Below are positions 50,147 through 60,188 of a stretch of DNA of 64,000 nucleotides, in pieces; the stretch's first letter is position 1, and each line of letters starts with the position of its first letter. The stretch lies in assembly GCA_021513715.1 (NCBI GenBank), contig CP084167.1, positions 288,001 through 352,000 on the forward strand, in the 5' to 3' direction. The position numbers and the translations under genes were made by a program. The notes below the pieces were generated by a model, which searched no databases, was not told the origin of the DNA, and saw only the letters and a program-made list of their open reading frames with translations. Source of the stretch: Candidatus Heimdallarchaeum endolithica. Lineage in GTDB: Archaea; Asgardarchaeota; Heimdallarchaeia; Heimdallarchaeales; Heimdallarchaeaceae.

Positions 50147-51202
50147 TTAGAATGGGATAAAAGTATCTTCTTCAGTTATAGATTTGATTAATTTAACAAC
50201 TAATTTTATGATATTTTTTACATCATCAAGTGAAATTACTTCAGAAGCTGTGTGCATATATCTGTTTGGAATGCCTACTAGTGCTGTTGCAGCACCAGAT
50301 AGTTGAATAGCGTTTGCATCTGTTCCTGTTCCTCTATTAGCAGCATGAGGTTGAATTGGAATCTCATTTTTCTCGGCTATTTCTATTATTCTTTTAACTA
50401 ATACAGGATTAAGATTTGGTCCAATAGAGATAATAGGTCCATCACCAAGCTTAACTTCTCCTACATCTTTTTTACTAATTTCAGGTGCATCAGAAGCAAA
50501 ACCTACATCAAAGGCTATTCCTACTTCAGGAGAGATTCGCTTTGCTGCTACAGTGGCTCCTCGCAAACCAATTTCTTCTTGGACAGTTGAAACTCCATAT
50601 ACTCCTGCATAGAAGTTTTTATCTTTTGCTAGTTCTTTCATAATCTCTGCAACAATAAATGCACCTATTGAGTCATCAAATCCAGAAGAAACAGCATAAT
50701 TGTGTTCGCCCAATCTATCATATCCATAGTCAAAAACAGCAAAATCACCCACTTGAATTTTAGATGAAGCTTCTTCTTTATCTTTACAACCAATATCAAT
50801 AAAGAGTTTCTCCATTTCAGGAGCTTTTTTCCTTTCATCAGGTTTCATCAAGTGAATAGCTTTCTTACCTATTACTCCTAAAAATGTTCCTCCTTTTCCT
50901 ATAACTTTAACTCTCTTTCCAGGCAAAGTTGAAGTATCAAAACCACCTAAAGGTTTAAACCACAAATAGCCATCATCATCGATGTAGCTAATTTGGAAAC
51001 CGATTTGATCTATATGCCCTGCTAACATAACTTTGAACGAACTTTCTGGATTGATAACAGCATAAAGATTCCCTACTCTATCTGCATAAATTTCGTCTAC
51101 ATCTTTTTCAAGATATTCTTTTATTATCTGCTGAGCTCCAAACTCATATCCTGTAGCTCTTGGTGTTGTAACAAGTTTTTTCAAAAATTCCTCGTTAACC
51201 AT
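50147..51202 (-). CDS. M42 family (TET-like) aminopeptidase
   Basis: AGHIDQIG, LFIDIG, FDD, VQEEIGLRGA, GTDA, RYMHT. Confidence 0.92.
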   Translation of the reverse strand: MVNEEFLKKLVTTPRATGYEFGAQQIIKEYLEKDVDEIYADRVGNLYAVINPESSFKVMLAGHIDQIGFQISYIDDDGYLWFKPLGGFDTSTLPGKRVKVIGKGGTFLGVIGKKAIHLMKPDERKKAPEMEKLFIDIGCKDKEEASSKIQVGDFAVFDYGYDRLGEHNYAVSSGFDDSIGAFIVAEIMKELAKDKNFYAGVYGVSTVQEEIGLRGATVAAKRISPEVGIAFDVGFASDAPEISKKDVGEVKLGDGPIISIGPNLNPVLVKRIIEIAEKNEIPIQPHAANRGTGTDANAIQLSGAATALVGIPNRYMHTASEVISLDDVKNIIKLVVKLIKSITEEDTFIPF

Positions 51203-51377
51203 TTTTTATCTACCTAAAAATATTCTTTTCAATTTTATTTTTAACGTTTTGCTATAGACAATTAAAAAAAAGAATCAAAGATTATAATTTCTTTCAATAT
51301 TGAAATTAATAGAAAGTATATAAGAATCAAATAGAAAAAGAAAACTATTTAATAATGAAAAAATCAGAAGGCTTAGG

Positions 51378-51677
51378 ATGGCAGAGGGTATAAATGAAAA
51401 AGAAAAGGTTGAGGACATAAGACAAAGCAAAAAATACATAAAAATAACTTTGATTAGAAAAATCCTTTTCTCAACAAGTATTCTTACAATATGGGCTGTA
51501 TCAGCTATTTTCAACATTATTGATTTAAAAAATGGAATAGGATATTTTCAATCACCTTGGACTTATCTCACTTTACTAATTACGATTCTATTAATATTGA
51601 CAGTAATCATTCCATTAAGAAGGAATATAAAAAAAGATATTGAACAACTAAAAAGAGAAAAAGAAGAAGTAAAATAG
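51378..51677 (+). CDS. Small two-TM hypothetical protein
   Basis: 99 aa with two hydrophobic segments. Confidence 0.55.
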   Translation: MAEGINEKEKVEDIRQSKKYIKITLIRKILFSTSILTIWAVSAIFNIIDLKNGIGYFQSPWTYLTLLITILLILTVIIPLRRNIKKDIEQLKREKEEVK

Positions 51678-51689
51678 AATTAACAATTT

Positions 51690-52481
51690 TTAATCTTGTA
51701 TTTTTCTTAAAAATGAGATAAGGGAAAGAGCAGCCAACCATGATGTTTTTGGGTTTGTTGGTGAAGGCTTATTTTTAAATACAAACTCATATGAACCAAC
51801 TTTTGATTCTATTAAAATTCTATGAATATTCTGTTTAATTGTAGGATCTGAAAGTATTCTTACTCTTGTTTCTTCTCTTCCTAGTGTGGCTAATGAGAGC
51901 CTAGCTGCCACGTTAATACTTCGTGGAAATTGTTTTGCAGCTTCTTTTGCATTTCCCTCAAAAATTATTGTTTCTTTATTTTCATTTAAATGTATGTTAT
52001 TTTTTAAAACATAGGCATTTTTTTCAAAAACATGATACGGTTTTCTTGTTTCTAATACAACTGTGTTTAACCCTTCCAAAGCAATAGCACTGATACTATC
52101 AAATCCTCCTATTGCTCCAGAAGGAAGCAAAATAAATTTTTTCTTTTCTGCATTCAAATTTTGATATTTTAAGTAAAGAGATTCATTTGTAACAAATGCT
52201 CCAATACTCATGGGAATAAAATAGATATTATTTTCTAGTACTTTATCAAATATCTTTTCAACAACAGATTGAACTGCGCATTCGATTACAACATCACAGT
52301 CATAAAAATCACTTAGATTCCTCATTACCCTTACATTTTTTAATCGAGTTTGAACTTTTTCTATCGCTTTTTCATCAATATCGTAAATTGCTTGGATTTG
52401 ATAGCCTATTTTTTGACTGTTTATTGCATCAATTACAGTTTGTCCAATAAAACCAAGACCTATTATTGCTAGCTTCTTCAT
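51690..52481 (-). CDS. nadX: L-aspartate dehydrogenase
   Basis: GLGFIG, VIECA, SIGA, PSGAIGGFD, FEGNA.EAAK.FP.SINVAA, NIHRI, NPKTS.LAA. Confidence 0.92.
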   Translation of the reverse strand: MKKLAIIGLGFIGQTVIDAINSQKIGYQIQAIYDIDEKAIEKVQTRLKNVRVMRNLSDFYDCDVVIECAVQSVVEKIFDKVLENNIYFIPMSIGAFVTNESLYLKYQNLNAEKKKFILLPSGAIGGFDSISAIALEGLNTVVLETRKPYHVFEKNAYVLKNNIHLNENKETIIFEGNAKEAAKQFPRSINVAARLSLATLGREETRVRILSDPTIKQNIHRILIESKVGSYEFVFKNKPSPTNPKTSWLAALSLISFLRKIQD

Positions 52482-54985
52482 AGATTCAATATCTTTTTAG
52501 GTATTTTAAGAATTAGCTTTGAACCCTCTCCTAGTTTACCTTCAACTCTATCTGTAATTACTATACTTCCACCTGATCTTTTAACTATCATATATGCAGT
52601 AATCAAGTTGAAATCAGAGAGTCTTCGCCCAGTAGACAACTCTTCTTGTATCTGTGTTTTTCTGCTATGGCTTAGTCCCTTTCCTTTTCCTTCGATGTCT
52701 ATTTCCACATAATTATCTTTCATAACAGCACATATTCGAATAACTACTTTCTTGGTTTGGGATTGCTTTATAAAAAACTCAAATACATTTTCTAGTAAGT
52801 CAACAAAATAATTACAGGCATATATAGAAAAATCATCTTCAAAAAGTTGAATAAAATCGATTGTAAATTGAGGATAAAAGATTTTCATGTTTTCTAGAGC
52901 TTTTTTGATTTGCTGTTTTAAGTTAACCTTTGAATAACTTAACTTTTTAGTACTTAAAGAGCGGAGAACAATAATTCGATCTCTTAATCGCTCAGTTTTT
53001 TCCAATACTCTTCCTATTTTTTCAAGAACTGATGACATCTCTTCTACTTCAGAGTTTACTGAAACCAGTTCTAAATAACCATTTAAAGCATGTAGATAAT
53101 TTCCTATATCATGAATAAACAAGTCAAGAGCAAGGTTTGCTAAAATTGTTGATTGTTTTTCTTTCTCCATAGAATCATTCAATTTGATAGCCATCTCTTC
53201 AAATAAGAAAAATACTTCTGTAATTTCATTCAATTTTTCTCTATTAAAATCAAAAGAAACACTATAATCTCCACTAGAAACGCGATAAATCGCTTTTCTA
53301 AGTTTAGTTAGATTTTTAGTATAGTTTCTAGTTAAAAATATCTCAACACCTCCAACAATAGATAAAATAACAAAAGAAGTAACTAAAAGCATTACTTCAA
53401 CATTTTTGAAATTCTTTTCCATTTCATTAGTTAAAGGTTGTATTTCCTCTAAAATCAAATCAACAGGAGAAAAATGAATCATCCACCAATTTGGAGAAAC
53501 AAGTTTTCTATAAAAAACTAAATAAGAAGTATCGTTGAAAGTTAATTCTATATGAGATATTTTACCTTCTTTAGCTTCAATAAAAGAATTAGAAATAGCA
53601 CTATTATTTAATTTAAAAATGTTTGAGATTGGATAGGGTTTTAAAATAGATACATCTTCTTTTTCAAAGTATTCTGGTGAATATAGAATATTTCCTGAAT
53701 TATCAACTAACCAATTAAAATCTTCTTGAGTAATTCTAAGTTCTAAAGCATTTTTAAGAAAATCTAAATTAAAATCTTGAACTAAGAGACCTTGATAATC
53801 AGTAGAATTATAAATTGCTTGCCCTAAACTAATGAACAAATTTTTTAGTACATAATCAACACCCAAACTAGAAAAATGTGCTTTTATACCCTTAACTGTT
53901 TCATTATTCTCTTGAGCTAATATCTCATTATACCATGGTCTTTTTAACCAATTATACTCAATTGAAAGAGCTAAAATATGTTCAGAATCAAAGAAATTGG
54001 GATAAAAAGGATAAACAATAAAATAGTTTGGTGTTGCATAATATACCCACTGTAAGAAAGATTGACGTAAAGAGGGAAAATGTTGATAGATATATTTGGG
54101 ACGTAAATCTATAAAACCATTTAAAGTACCATTAATATTTCCTTTTAGTAAACCTTTATACTGACCAATAAAATTTCCACTAACACAACCTTCAATCCTT
54201 GAAAGCTCTGATTCTCGTATTAATGTAATATTAGATTCTTGATATGAATTTAAAACATAATATTGTTTGAAAAAACTAAATTCAGAGAAGTTCATCTTAG
54301 ATTTTATTACTTGAGGAATTATGTTTGGGTCGTCATTCCATGATTCAAGAAGAGTAACGTTAAAAAATTTGTGAAAATAACTTTGATAAACATCAGAAAT
54401 ATTAATAGAGAACATTTCAGAATTATTATTGTAATAATAAAGAAAGAGGGAGGAGTCTGTAGCAAGTTCTCCAGTCAATGAAGCATTTATTTGTGCAGTA
54501 ATAATTCCTTGTAAAAAAATTTCATCTTTAATATCACCAAAAACAACTAAACCAGGAGTATCCAGAATGTTTGTACCATCATTAAAAAAATCAAAGTAAC
54601 CTATTTTCTCTTCCCGCCTTACAGTAGCATTGACTGTCCCATCAAAGTATAACGTCTCATCACTATTCGTAAGCTCTAGATGGTTTTTTTCATAAAGACC
54701 AGTAGTTTCATTAGAGTACAACTGATGCGAAATAAAGTTTGCAGTGTTATTAAGCGAAACAATATATCCCTCAAAGAGTGAATCAATTGATGATGCAAAT
54801 TGATAACTGGAAAGTTCCATACTTTCAATTTTTGTTTCCAGATATTTATCAAAAGTAGATTGGGTCAAATCTTGTATTCTTGTTTCTAAAATTAAAGTAT
54901 TTGAACCCATTATAATGAAAAGAGAAAATGACACAGTCAAGATTGTTGACAGTACCCATTGTCTCGCCAACTTAACTTTTCTCAC
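52478..54985 (-). CDS. Membrane sensor: Cache-like + HAMP + HisKA with degenerate HATPase
   Basis: Two TMs, RPWY Cache motif, LVDNSGNILYSP, HAMP (VSSGDYS..NEI), H-box IHDIGN. Confidence 0.8.
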   Translation of the reverse strand: MRKVKLARQWVLSTILTVSFSLFIIMGSNTLILETRIQDLTQSTFDKYLETKIESMELSSYQFASSIDSLFEGYIVSLNNTANFISHQLYSNETTGLYEKNHLELTNSDETLYFDGTVNATVRREEKIGYFDFFNDGTNILDTPGLVVFGDIKDEIFLQGIITAQINASLTGELATDSSLFLYYYNNNSEMFSINISDVYQSYFHKFFNVTLLESWNDDPNIIPQVIKSKMNFSEFSFFKQYYVLNSYQESNITLIRESELSRIEGCVSGNFIGQYKGLLKGNINGTLNGFIDLRPKYIYQHFPSLRQSFLQWVYYATPNYFIVYPFYPNFFDSEHILALSIEYNWLKRPWYNEILAQENNETVKGIKAHFSSLGVDYVLKNLFISLGQAIYNSTDYQGLLVQDFNLDFLKNALELRITQEDFNWLVDNSGNILYSPEYFEKEDVSILKPYPISNIFKLNNSAISNSFIEAKEGKISHIELTFNDTSYLVFYRKLVSPNWWMIHFSPVDLILEEIQPLTNEMEKNFKNVEVMLLVTSFVILSIVGGVEIFLTRNYTKNLTKLRKAIYRVSSGDYSVSFDFNREKLNEITEVFFLFEEMAIKLNDSMEKEKQSTILANLALDLFIHDIGNYLHALNGYLELVSVNSEVEEMSSVLEKIGRVLEKTERLRDRIIVLRSLSTKKLSYSKVNLKQQIKKALENMKIFYPQFTIDFIQLFEDDFSIYACNYFVDLLENVFEFFIKQSQTKKVVIRICAVMKDNYVEIDIEGKGKGLSHSRKTQIQEELSTGRRLSDFNLITAYMIVKRSGGSIVITDRVEGKLGEGSKLILKIPKKILNL

Positions 54986-55167
54986 AAACTATCCTCCAAT
55001 AACCTCTTAATAACATTATTCATTTTTTATTTTTATATTTAATTGTAGACAGTTATTGTAAAATTAAATGAATAAGATATTGATAATTGAGAATAGATTA
55101 AAAAAAAACAATTGTTATTAATAAATTAAAAATCTTCATATATAAAAAAGAAAAACAATAAAAGAGT

Positions 55168-55488
55168 TCAGTTATTTTCTTCTTTTTCCTGCTTTTTCTT
55201 TGCTTTAAAGGCTTCATATTGTTCTTTCATATCTTCTATTGCTTTCATTTCAAAAGTCCCATATTCCTCAAGTATTTTAAAGAGATCTTCAGGTTGATCT
55301 GTATGAAAATGAACTTTAATATGTCCAGGCATCCCAATTACTAAAAGGCAATCACCAACACATTCATTCATTATTCTGTCTCTTATCACATTTTTATCTT
55401 TTCTTGAGAGATTTTCCCCTTTTATCATACATTGCACATCATATCTGAAATTCACAGCTTCATGTTCATCGTCAAACATAAATTTCAC
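55168..55488 (-). CDS. Stand-alone domain resembling the DAK2/FakA-DegV linker domain
   Basis: GDCLLVIG....IKVHFHTDQP......EYG......EDMKEQ. Start uncertain. Confidence 0.6.
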   Translation of the reverse strand: MKFMFDDEHEAVNFRYDVQCMIKGENLSRKDKNVIRDRIMNECVGDCLLVIGMPGHIKVHFHTDQPEDLFKILEEYGTFEMKAIEDMKEQYEAFKAKKKQEKEENN

Positions 55489-55573
55489 CTACTCATATTC
55501 AAAAATAAATAATCAGATTTAAATATTGTTTATTGGAAAATAGAAGAACTAGAACAAAAGAAAAGAATAATTT

Positions 55574-56251
55574 CTAAAGAACGGCTATGCTTCTTATTAA
55601 ATCTGCACAATCTTCTAAAAGGTCGGACACTTCTTCAATATCTCTAATAGCATGGTCTAGAATTATCAGAGCACCTGCAGGAACACTTTCTGTAGAGTAG
55701 GCTATTTCATATTTCATTCGCTTATACAGTTTATCTATTTCAGATTCCATCAAGTCTACTTCAGTTATTTTATTTTTCAGTTCTTCTTTAGAAAGTTTGA
55801 ACATGTTATCAAATGCTTCAAAAAAGCTAACTGATTCTTTAGTTAACTTGTCAAATATTTCTTTGATAACTTTATTAATAGTTTCAGGGTAAGTATGCTT
55901 AATTATGAGAAGTAAATTGTCACATCCTCTTTTTATTCCTCCAGCAGCTTTATCAGCTAAACGAATAAAATTTAGCAAATCTGTTCTTACATATTCTGGT
56001 GTTTCTCCTTCTGAAAGCATTTGAACAATTTCAGCTTCGATAGAATCTGCTGTTTTTTCTTCTTGATGTATTAAATCAAAAATGTGAGAAGCTGCAGACT
56101 CATCCTTTTTTAACCAAAATTGGAAGAAATCCATAGCTTTTAGAATTGTGTTATTTACGTGTACTAAGTGTTCTCGAATTCTATCTAAAATCCTTGATTC
56201 TCTTCTTCTACTTAACCAGCTTTTTAGTTCTTTTTGATTCATCTTATTCAT
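55574..56251 (-). CDS. DUF47/PhoU-like helical protein
   Basis: EKTADSI..I, RTDLL.F..LADK, ESEIDKL, IEEVSDLLEDCAD. Confidence 0.82.
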   Translation of the reverse strand: MNKMNQKELKSWLSRRRESRILDRIREHLVHVNNTILKAMDFFQFWLKKDESAASHIFDLIHQEEKTADSIEAEIVQMLSEGETPEYVRTDLLNFIRLADKAAGGIKRGCDNLLLIIKHTYPETINKVIKEIFDKLTKESVSFFEAFDNMFKLSKEELKNKITEVDLMESEIDKLYKRMKYEIAYSTESVPAGALIILDHAIRDIEEVSDLLEDCADLIRSIAVL

Positions 56252-57362
56252 CCTCTATACTTTTTTCACTATTTATTAGTTTTTCATTTTTTAATTCAAA
56301 AATTCTGAAATCATCTTTATCCATACCAACCACAATCTCAGAATTTGGAGAAGTTGGAACATTTTTCTTTCCAATCAATTCATAGGCTTTTAGCTTCATT
56401 CCAGAAATATCAAGAATTAATTCAAAAAATTCACCTATTAATTTAGCTTGAATTAATTTACCAGGAATGATATTATCATAATTTAAATTACTTGATTCTT
56501 CTTTGTTATATACATCTATAAGCTCTAAAGGGACTAAAGCTACAACATTTGTTCCAGAAGAAAAATCTGTTTGGACTCTTAATTTTAGGTTGTTCTCTGT
56601 TAAAAGATATTTTTCTTCATTTTCAACTACTATTTTTCCTTTAAATGAAACATTTTCTCCAAGAAAATCTGCAACGTAAATAGAATAAGGATTATTATAT
56701 ATTTCTTCTGGTGTTCCTTCTTGAACTATTTGTCCATCTTTAAAAATGAGAATACGGTCTGCAACTCTCATTGCTTCATGAGTATCGTGTGTTGCATGAA
56801 TACATGTTAAACCAAGATCTTTAACTAACTTTCTGAGTTCTACTTGAAGAATATCTCTTATTTTTGCATCTAGAGCTCTTAAAGGATCATCCATTATCAA
56901 CAATTTTGCATTTGAAACAATTGCACGAGCTAGCGCTACACGTTGTTTTTGTCCCCCACTAATTTCATCAGGATAATTTTTCTCTTTCCCTTTAATATTT
57001 AATAGGTTCAGCAGTTCATATGCTACCTTTCTTGAGACTGAAAGATCTAAATTTTTTACAATTGGTCCAAATAGGATATTTTTCTCTACACTCATTCTTG
57101 GAAACAGGTTATATTCTTCAAATACAAAACCTATTTGTCTATCTTCAGCAGGAATATTTGTAACATCGACATCATCAAAAAAAACTTTTCCAGAAGAGGG
57201 AGAGATTAAACCAGCGAGAATGTACATAGTTGTAGTTTTCCCAGCTCCAGTTGGTCCTAAAATAGCAACATATTCTCCATCCTTTATAGATAAAGATAGA
57301 TCTTTTATTCCAACAACTTTTCCGTAATTTTTAGAGACTTTCTCCATTCGCACTGAAACCAT
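56244..57362 (-). CDS. ABC importer ATPase (PotA/MalK-like)
   Basis: GPTGAGKT, ISGGQKQRVALARA, THD. Confidence 0.9.
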   Translation of the reverse strand: MVSVRMEKVSKNYGKVVGIKDLSLSIKDGEYVAILGPTGAGKTTTMYILAGLISPSSGKVFFDDVDVTNIPAEDRQIGFVFEEYNLFPRMSVEKNILFGPIVKNLDLSVSRKVAYELLNLLNIKGKEKNYPDEISGGQKQRVALARAIVSNAKLLIMDDPLRALDAKIRDILQVELRKLVKDLGLTCIHATHDTHEAMRVADRILIFKDGQIVQEGTPEEIYNNPYSIYVADFLGENVSFKGKIVVENEEKYLLTENNLKLRVQTDFSSGTNVVALVPLELIDVYNKEESSNLNYDNIIPGKLIQAKLIGEFFELILDISGMKLKAYELIGKKNVPTSPNSEIVVGMDKDDFRIFELKNEKLINSEKSIEDE

Positions 57363-57365
57363 ATT

Positions 57366-58466
57366 TTACATCTCCAACGATTTTTGAATTCCCTCTTTTG
57401 GAAACTCAAAGCATCTAGTTCTACTAGGGTCAATAATTACATGAACTGTTTCGTTTTCTTTGAACTTTATAGGGCTTTTAGCATGAATCTTTGCTTCAAT
57501 TATCTGTTGATTTTTCAACAATACTTTGACTCTTCTAAACAATCCTAAAAATTTGTCACTAATTATTTTTCCAGTTAAGAAGTTCTCATTATTTTTATTT
57601 GGTTTTTTAACATCAAAGAACTCTCTTCTTATAGCTATAACCACTCGTTCTCCCTTACTTATTCCAGCATTCTGAACATAAACGCTTTCTAAACCCACTC
57701 TCACTTTTGAAAAACGAGTAGAATCATCAAGAATATATCCTTCAATGAAATCACTTTCACCCACAAAAAATGAAGTAAATAAATTTGTTGGTGAAAATAT
57801 TAAATCTTCAGGAGTTCCCATCTGAATTAATTGACCTTTATTTAGCACAATTACTTTGTCGCTAATTGAAAGAGCTTCTGCTTGATCATGTGTGACATGT
57901 ATTGCTGTAAGACCTTGTTTTTTAACAAAATCACGTAAGAAAAATTGAAATTCTTCTCTTATTTTCTGGTCTAAAGCTCCTAAAGGTTCATCTAAGAGAA
58001 GTATTTTTGCTTCAGCAGCTATTACTCTCGCTAACGAAACTTTTTGTAATTCAGGAGCAGATAATTCAGAAGGAAAAGATTCAGCTCTTTTTTTCATTTG
58101 AACAGAAGAAAGAGAATGCTCTACTAGTTCTTCTATCTCGCTTTTTCTTTTTCCTTTTACAGTTGGCCCATAAGCAATATTTTCCCACACATTCATATGT
58201 GGAAAAATAGCAAAATGTTGGAAAACAAAGCCCAAGTTCCTTTTTTGAATTGGAAGCTTTTCTACTTCTTCATTGTCAAAGAAAATTTTTCCTCTAGTTG
58301 GTAAAACAGTTCCTGCGAGAAGCCTAAGAGTAGTGGTTTTTCCACAACCAGAAGGGCCGATGAGTGAAACATACTCTCCATCTTCTATAATAAATGATAA
58401 ATCTTTAACTGCTTCTACTTTCTTTCCAAAAATTTTAGTTACATGTTTAAATTGTATTTCTGTCAT
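57366..58466 (-). CDS. ABC importer ATPase (PotA/MalK-like), variant signature LSAPE
   Basis: GPSGCGKT, LLLDEPLGALD, VTHDQAEA. Confidence 0.9.
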   Translation of the reverse strand: MTEIQFKHVTKIFGKKVEAVKDLSFIIEDGEYVSLIGPSGCGKTTTLRLLAGTVLPTRGKIFFDNEEVEKLPIQKRNLGFVFQHFAIFPHMNVWENIAYGPTVKGKRKSEIEELVEHSLSSVQMKKRAESFPSELSAPELQKVSLARVIAAEAKILLLDEPLGALDQKIREEFQFFLRDFVKKQGLTAIHVTHDQAEALSISDKVIVLNKGQLIQMGTPEDLIFSPTNLFTSFFVGESDFIEGYILDDSTRFSKVRVGLESVYVQNAGISKGERVVIAIRREFFDVKKPNKNNENFLTGKIISDKFLGLFRRVKVLLKNQQIIEAKIHAKSPIKFKENETVHVIIDPSRTRCFEFPKEGIQKSLEM

Positions 58467-58469
58467 TTA

Positions 58470-60188
58470 TTATCTCTCCTTTGAAACATATCGAAGCAAA
58501 AGCAGTGAAAGGAATGAAATTAAAATTAACAAAGAAGCAGCAAAAGCTGCAGCAGGAAAAGTAGAAGCTTCAAAGAAATCAACTAATAAAACAGGAATTG
58601 TTCTTTCTACTCCTTGAACAATTATAGTTGCACCAGTTTCACTCATAGAACGAGTAAATGTCATAATAGAAGCAGCTATTAATCCACTTTTTAGAAAAGG
58701 TATAGTAACGGTTCTAAAAGCTGTTAATTTCGAGGAACCAAAAGCAAAGGCTGCCTCGTCATACATTGTTGGGATTGCATCAAAAGCTCCAACAAGAGGT
58801 CTTACACAATAAGCATAAGTAAAGGAAATGTGAGAAACAATAATCATCAGAAAACCTGGTGATAGGAGATGTAAACCATTTGACCCCCAAAGGAAAAATA
58901 TGCTAAAACCAAGTGCAGAACTTGGTATAATTAATGGAATATCAATCAAGGTGTCAAGTAAACCTTTAAGTTTGTCATCCTTTGTTTTTGAGATAAGTAG
59001 AGCCATAGGTGTAGCAATAATCAAGTTAACAATTGTTACTATTAATGCTACTTCAATTGAAGTAATAAAAGCATGGATAATTGAATCAATTTTTTTATCA
59101 GGAGCTTGAAATACTTGATAGATCATTCCAGCTTCATTGTCACCAGAAAAAGGAGATTTGTTCCACCATTGAAAAAGATAAATAATAACAAAAAGAGCAG
59201 GAATAAAAACGAAAACAAAGAAAAGAGTAATAGATAAACTATCTCTAGTTCTTGAAACCTTTTTTGAACTAAGTTTTCTTTCAAATCTAGGAAAAACTTT
59301 GTTCCAAGGAAGACCTACTCTTCTGGCAAATAACCTAACTGCAGTAAGTAATAATAAACTGATAACTATTAAAATAAGAGAAAGAAAAGCAGTAGTTGGA
59401 ATCTTTAACCCTTTCATCCAACTAACAATTACAACAGGAGCTGTTTGATAAACTCCACTTACAATTAATGTAGCCCCTGTTTCTCCTAAAGAACGAGTAA
59501 AAGCTAAAACAGTTCCTGCTAACAGAGATTCTTTTACCATTGGAAGAGAAATCATTCTTGCAATAGTAAAAGGAGGAGCACCTAATGTTTTTGCAGCTTT
59601 TTCAATATTTAAGTCTAAATCTGCAATTATTCCCTTGATAGATCTTGTAACATAAGGAAAGGTGAATGCTATATGTGTAAGTATTATTAATAGTGTCCCT
59701 TGAGAAACTAACCCTACATTTGAATTAAACAAACGTGAAATACCATTATTTGTTCCCCAAAAAAGGTAAATCGAAAAACCAAGTGCACTTGTTGGAACAG
59801 CCATAGGCATATCTACAAGAGTATCCAAAACTTTTCTTCCTTTAAAATCGTACCTAGCTAATACCCAAGCTATTGATATTCCAACAATTAGATCAAAAAA
59901 GGTCACAATTCCTGCAACCTTTAACGATAAACCTATTGAGCGAAGCATCATAAGAAAAGCTTCGTTCCCCAGAATAGGATCATTGAATACCTTAGAATAA
60001 ATTTCTCCCCAATATAAAAATATTTGTAATAATAAGTAAAAAATAGGTCCTATAATTATTAAAATAAAAATTGAAATAGTTATGACCTTTCCAGCCAATA
60101 CCACAGACTTTCTCGAAAGAAGAGTTTCGATCTTTAATCTTGTCTTCCTGAAGAATATCTCAATGTCCTCTTTATCTGTTCTAATCAC
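58470..60188 (-). CDS. Fused two-domain ABC permease (FbpB/CysTW-like)
   Basis: Two EAA-loop domains (EKAAKTLGA; DEAAFAFGS), FTRSLGETGAT / FTRSMSETGAT. Confidence 0.9.
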   Translation of the reverse strand: MIRTDKEDIEIFFRKTRLKIETLLSRKSVVLAGKVITISIFILIIIGPIFYLLLQIFLYWGEIYSKVFNDPILGNEAFLMMLRSIGLSLKVAGIVTFFDLIVGISIAWVLARYDFKGRKVLDTLVDMPMAVPTSALGFSIYLFWGTNNGISRLFNSNVGLVSQGTLLIILTHIAFTFPYVTRSIKGIIADLDLNIEKAAKTLGAPPFTIARMISLPMVKESLLAGTVLAFTRSLGETGATLIVSGVYQTAPVVIVSWMKGLKIPTTAFLSLILIVISLLLLTAVRLFARRVGLPWNKVFPRFERKLSSKKVSRTRDSLSITLFFVFVFIPALFVIIYLFQWWNKSPFSGDNEAGMIYQVFQAPDKKIDSIIHAFITSIEVALIVTIVNLIIATPMALLISKTKDDKLKGLLDTLIDIPLIIPSSALGFSIFFLWGSNGLHLLSPGFLMIIVSHISFTYAYCVRPLVGAFDAIPTMYDEAAFAFGSSKLTAFRTVTIPFLKSGLIAASIMTFTRSMSETGATIIVQGVERTIPVLLVDFFEASTFPAAAFAASLLILISFLSLLLLRYVSKER

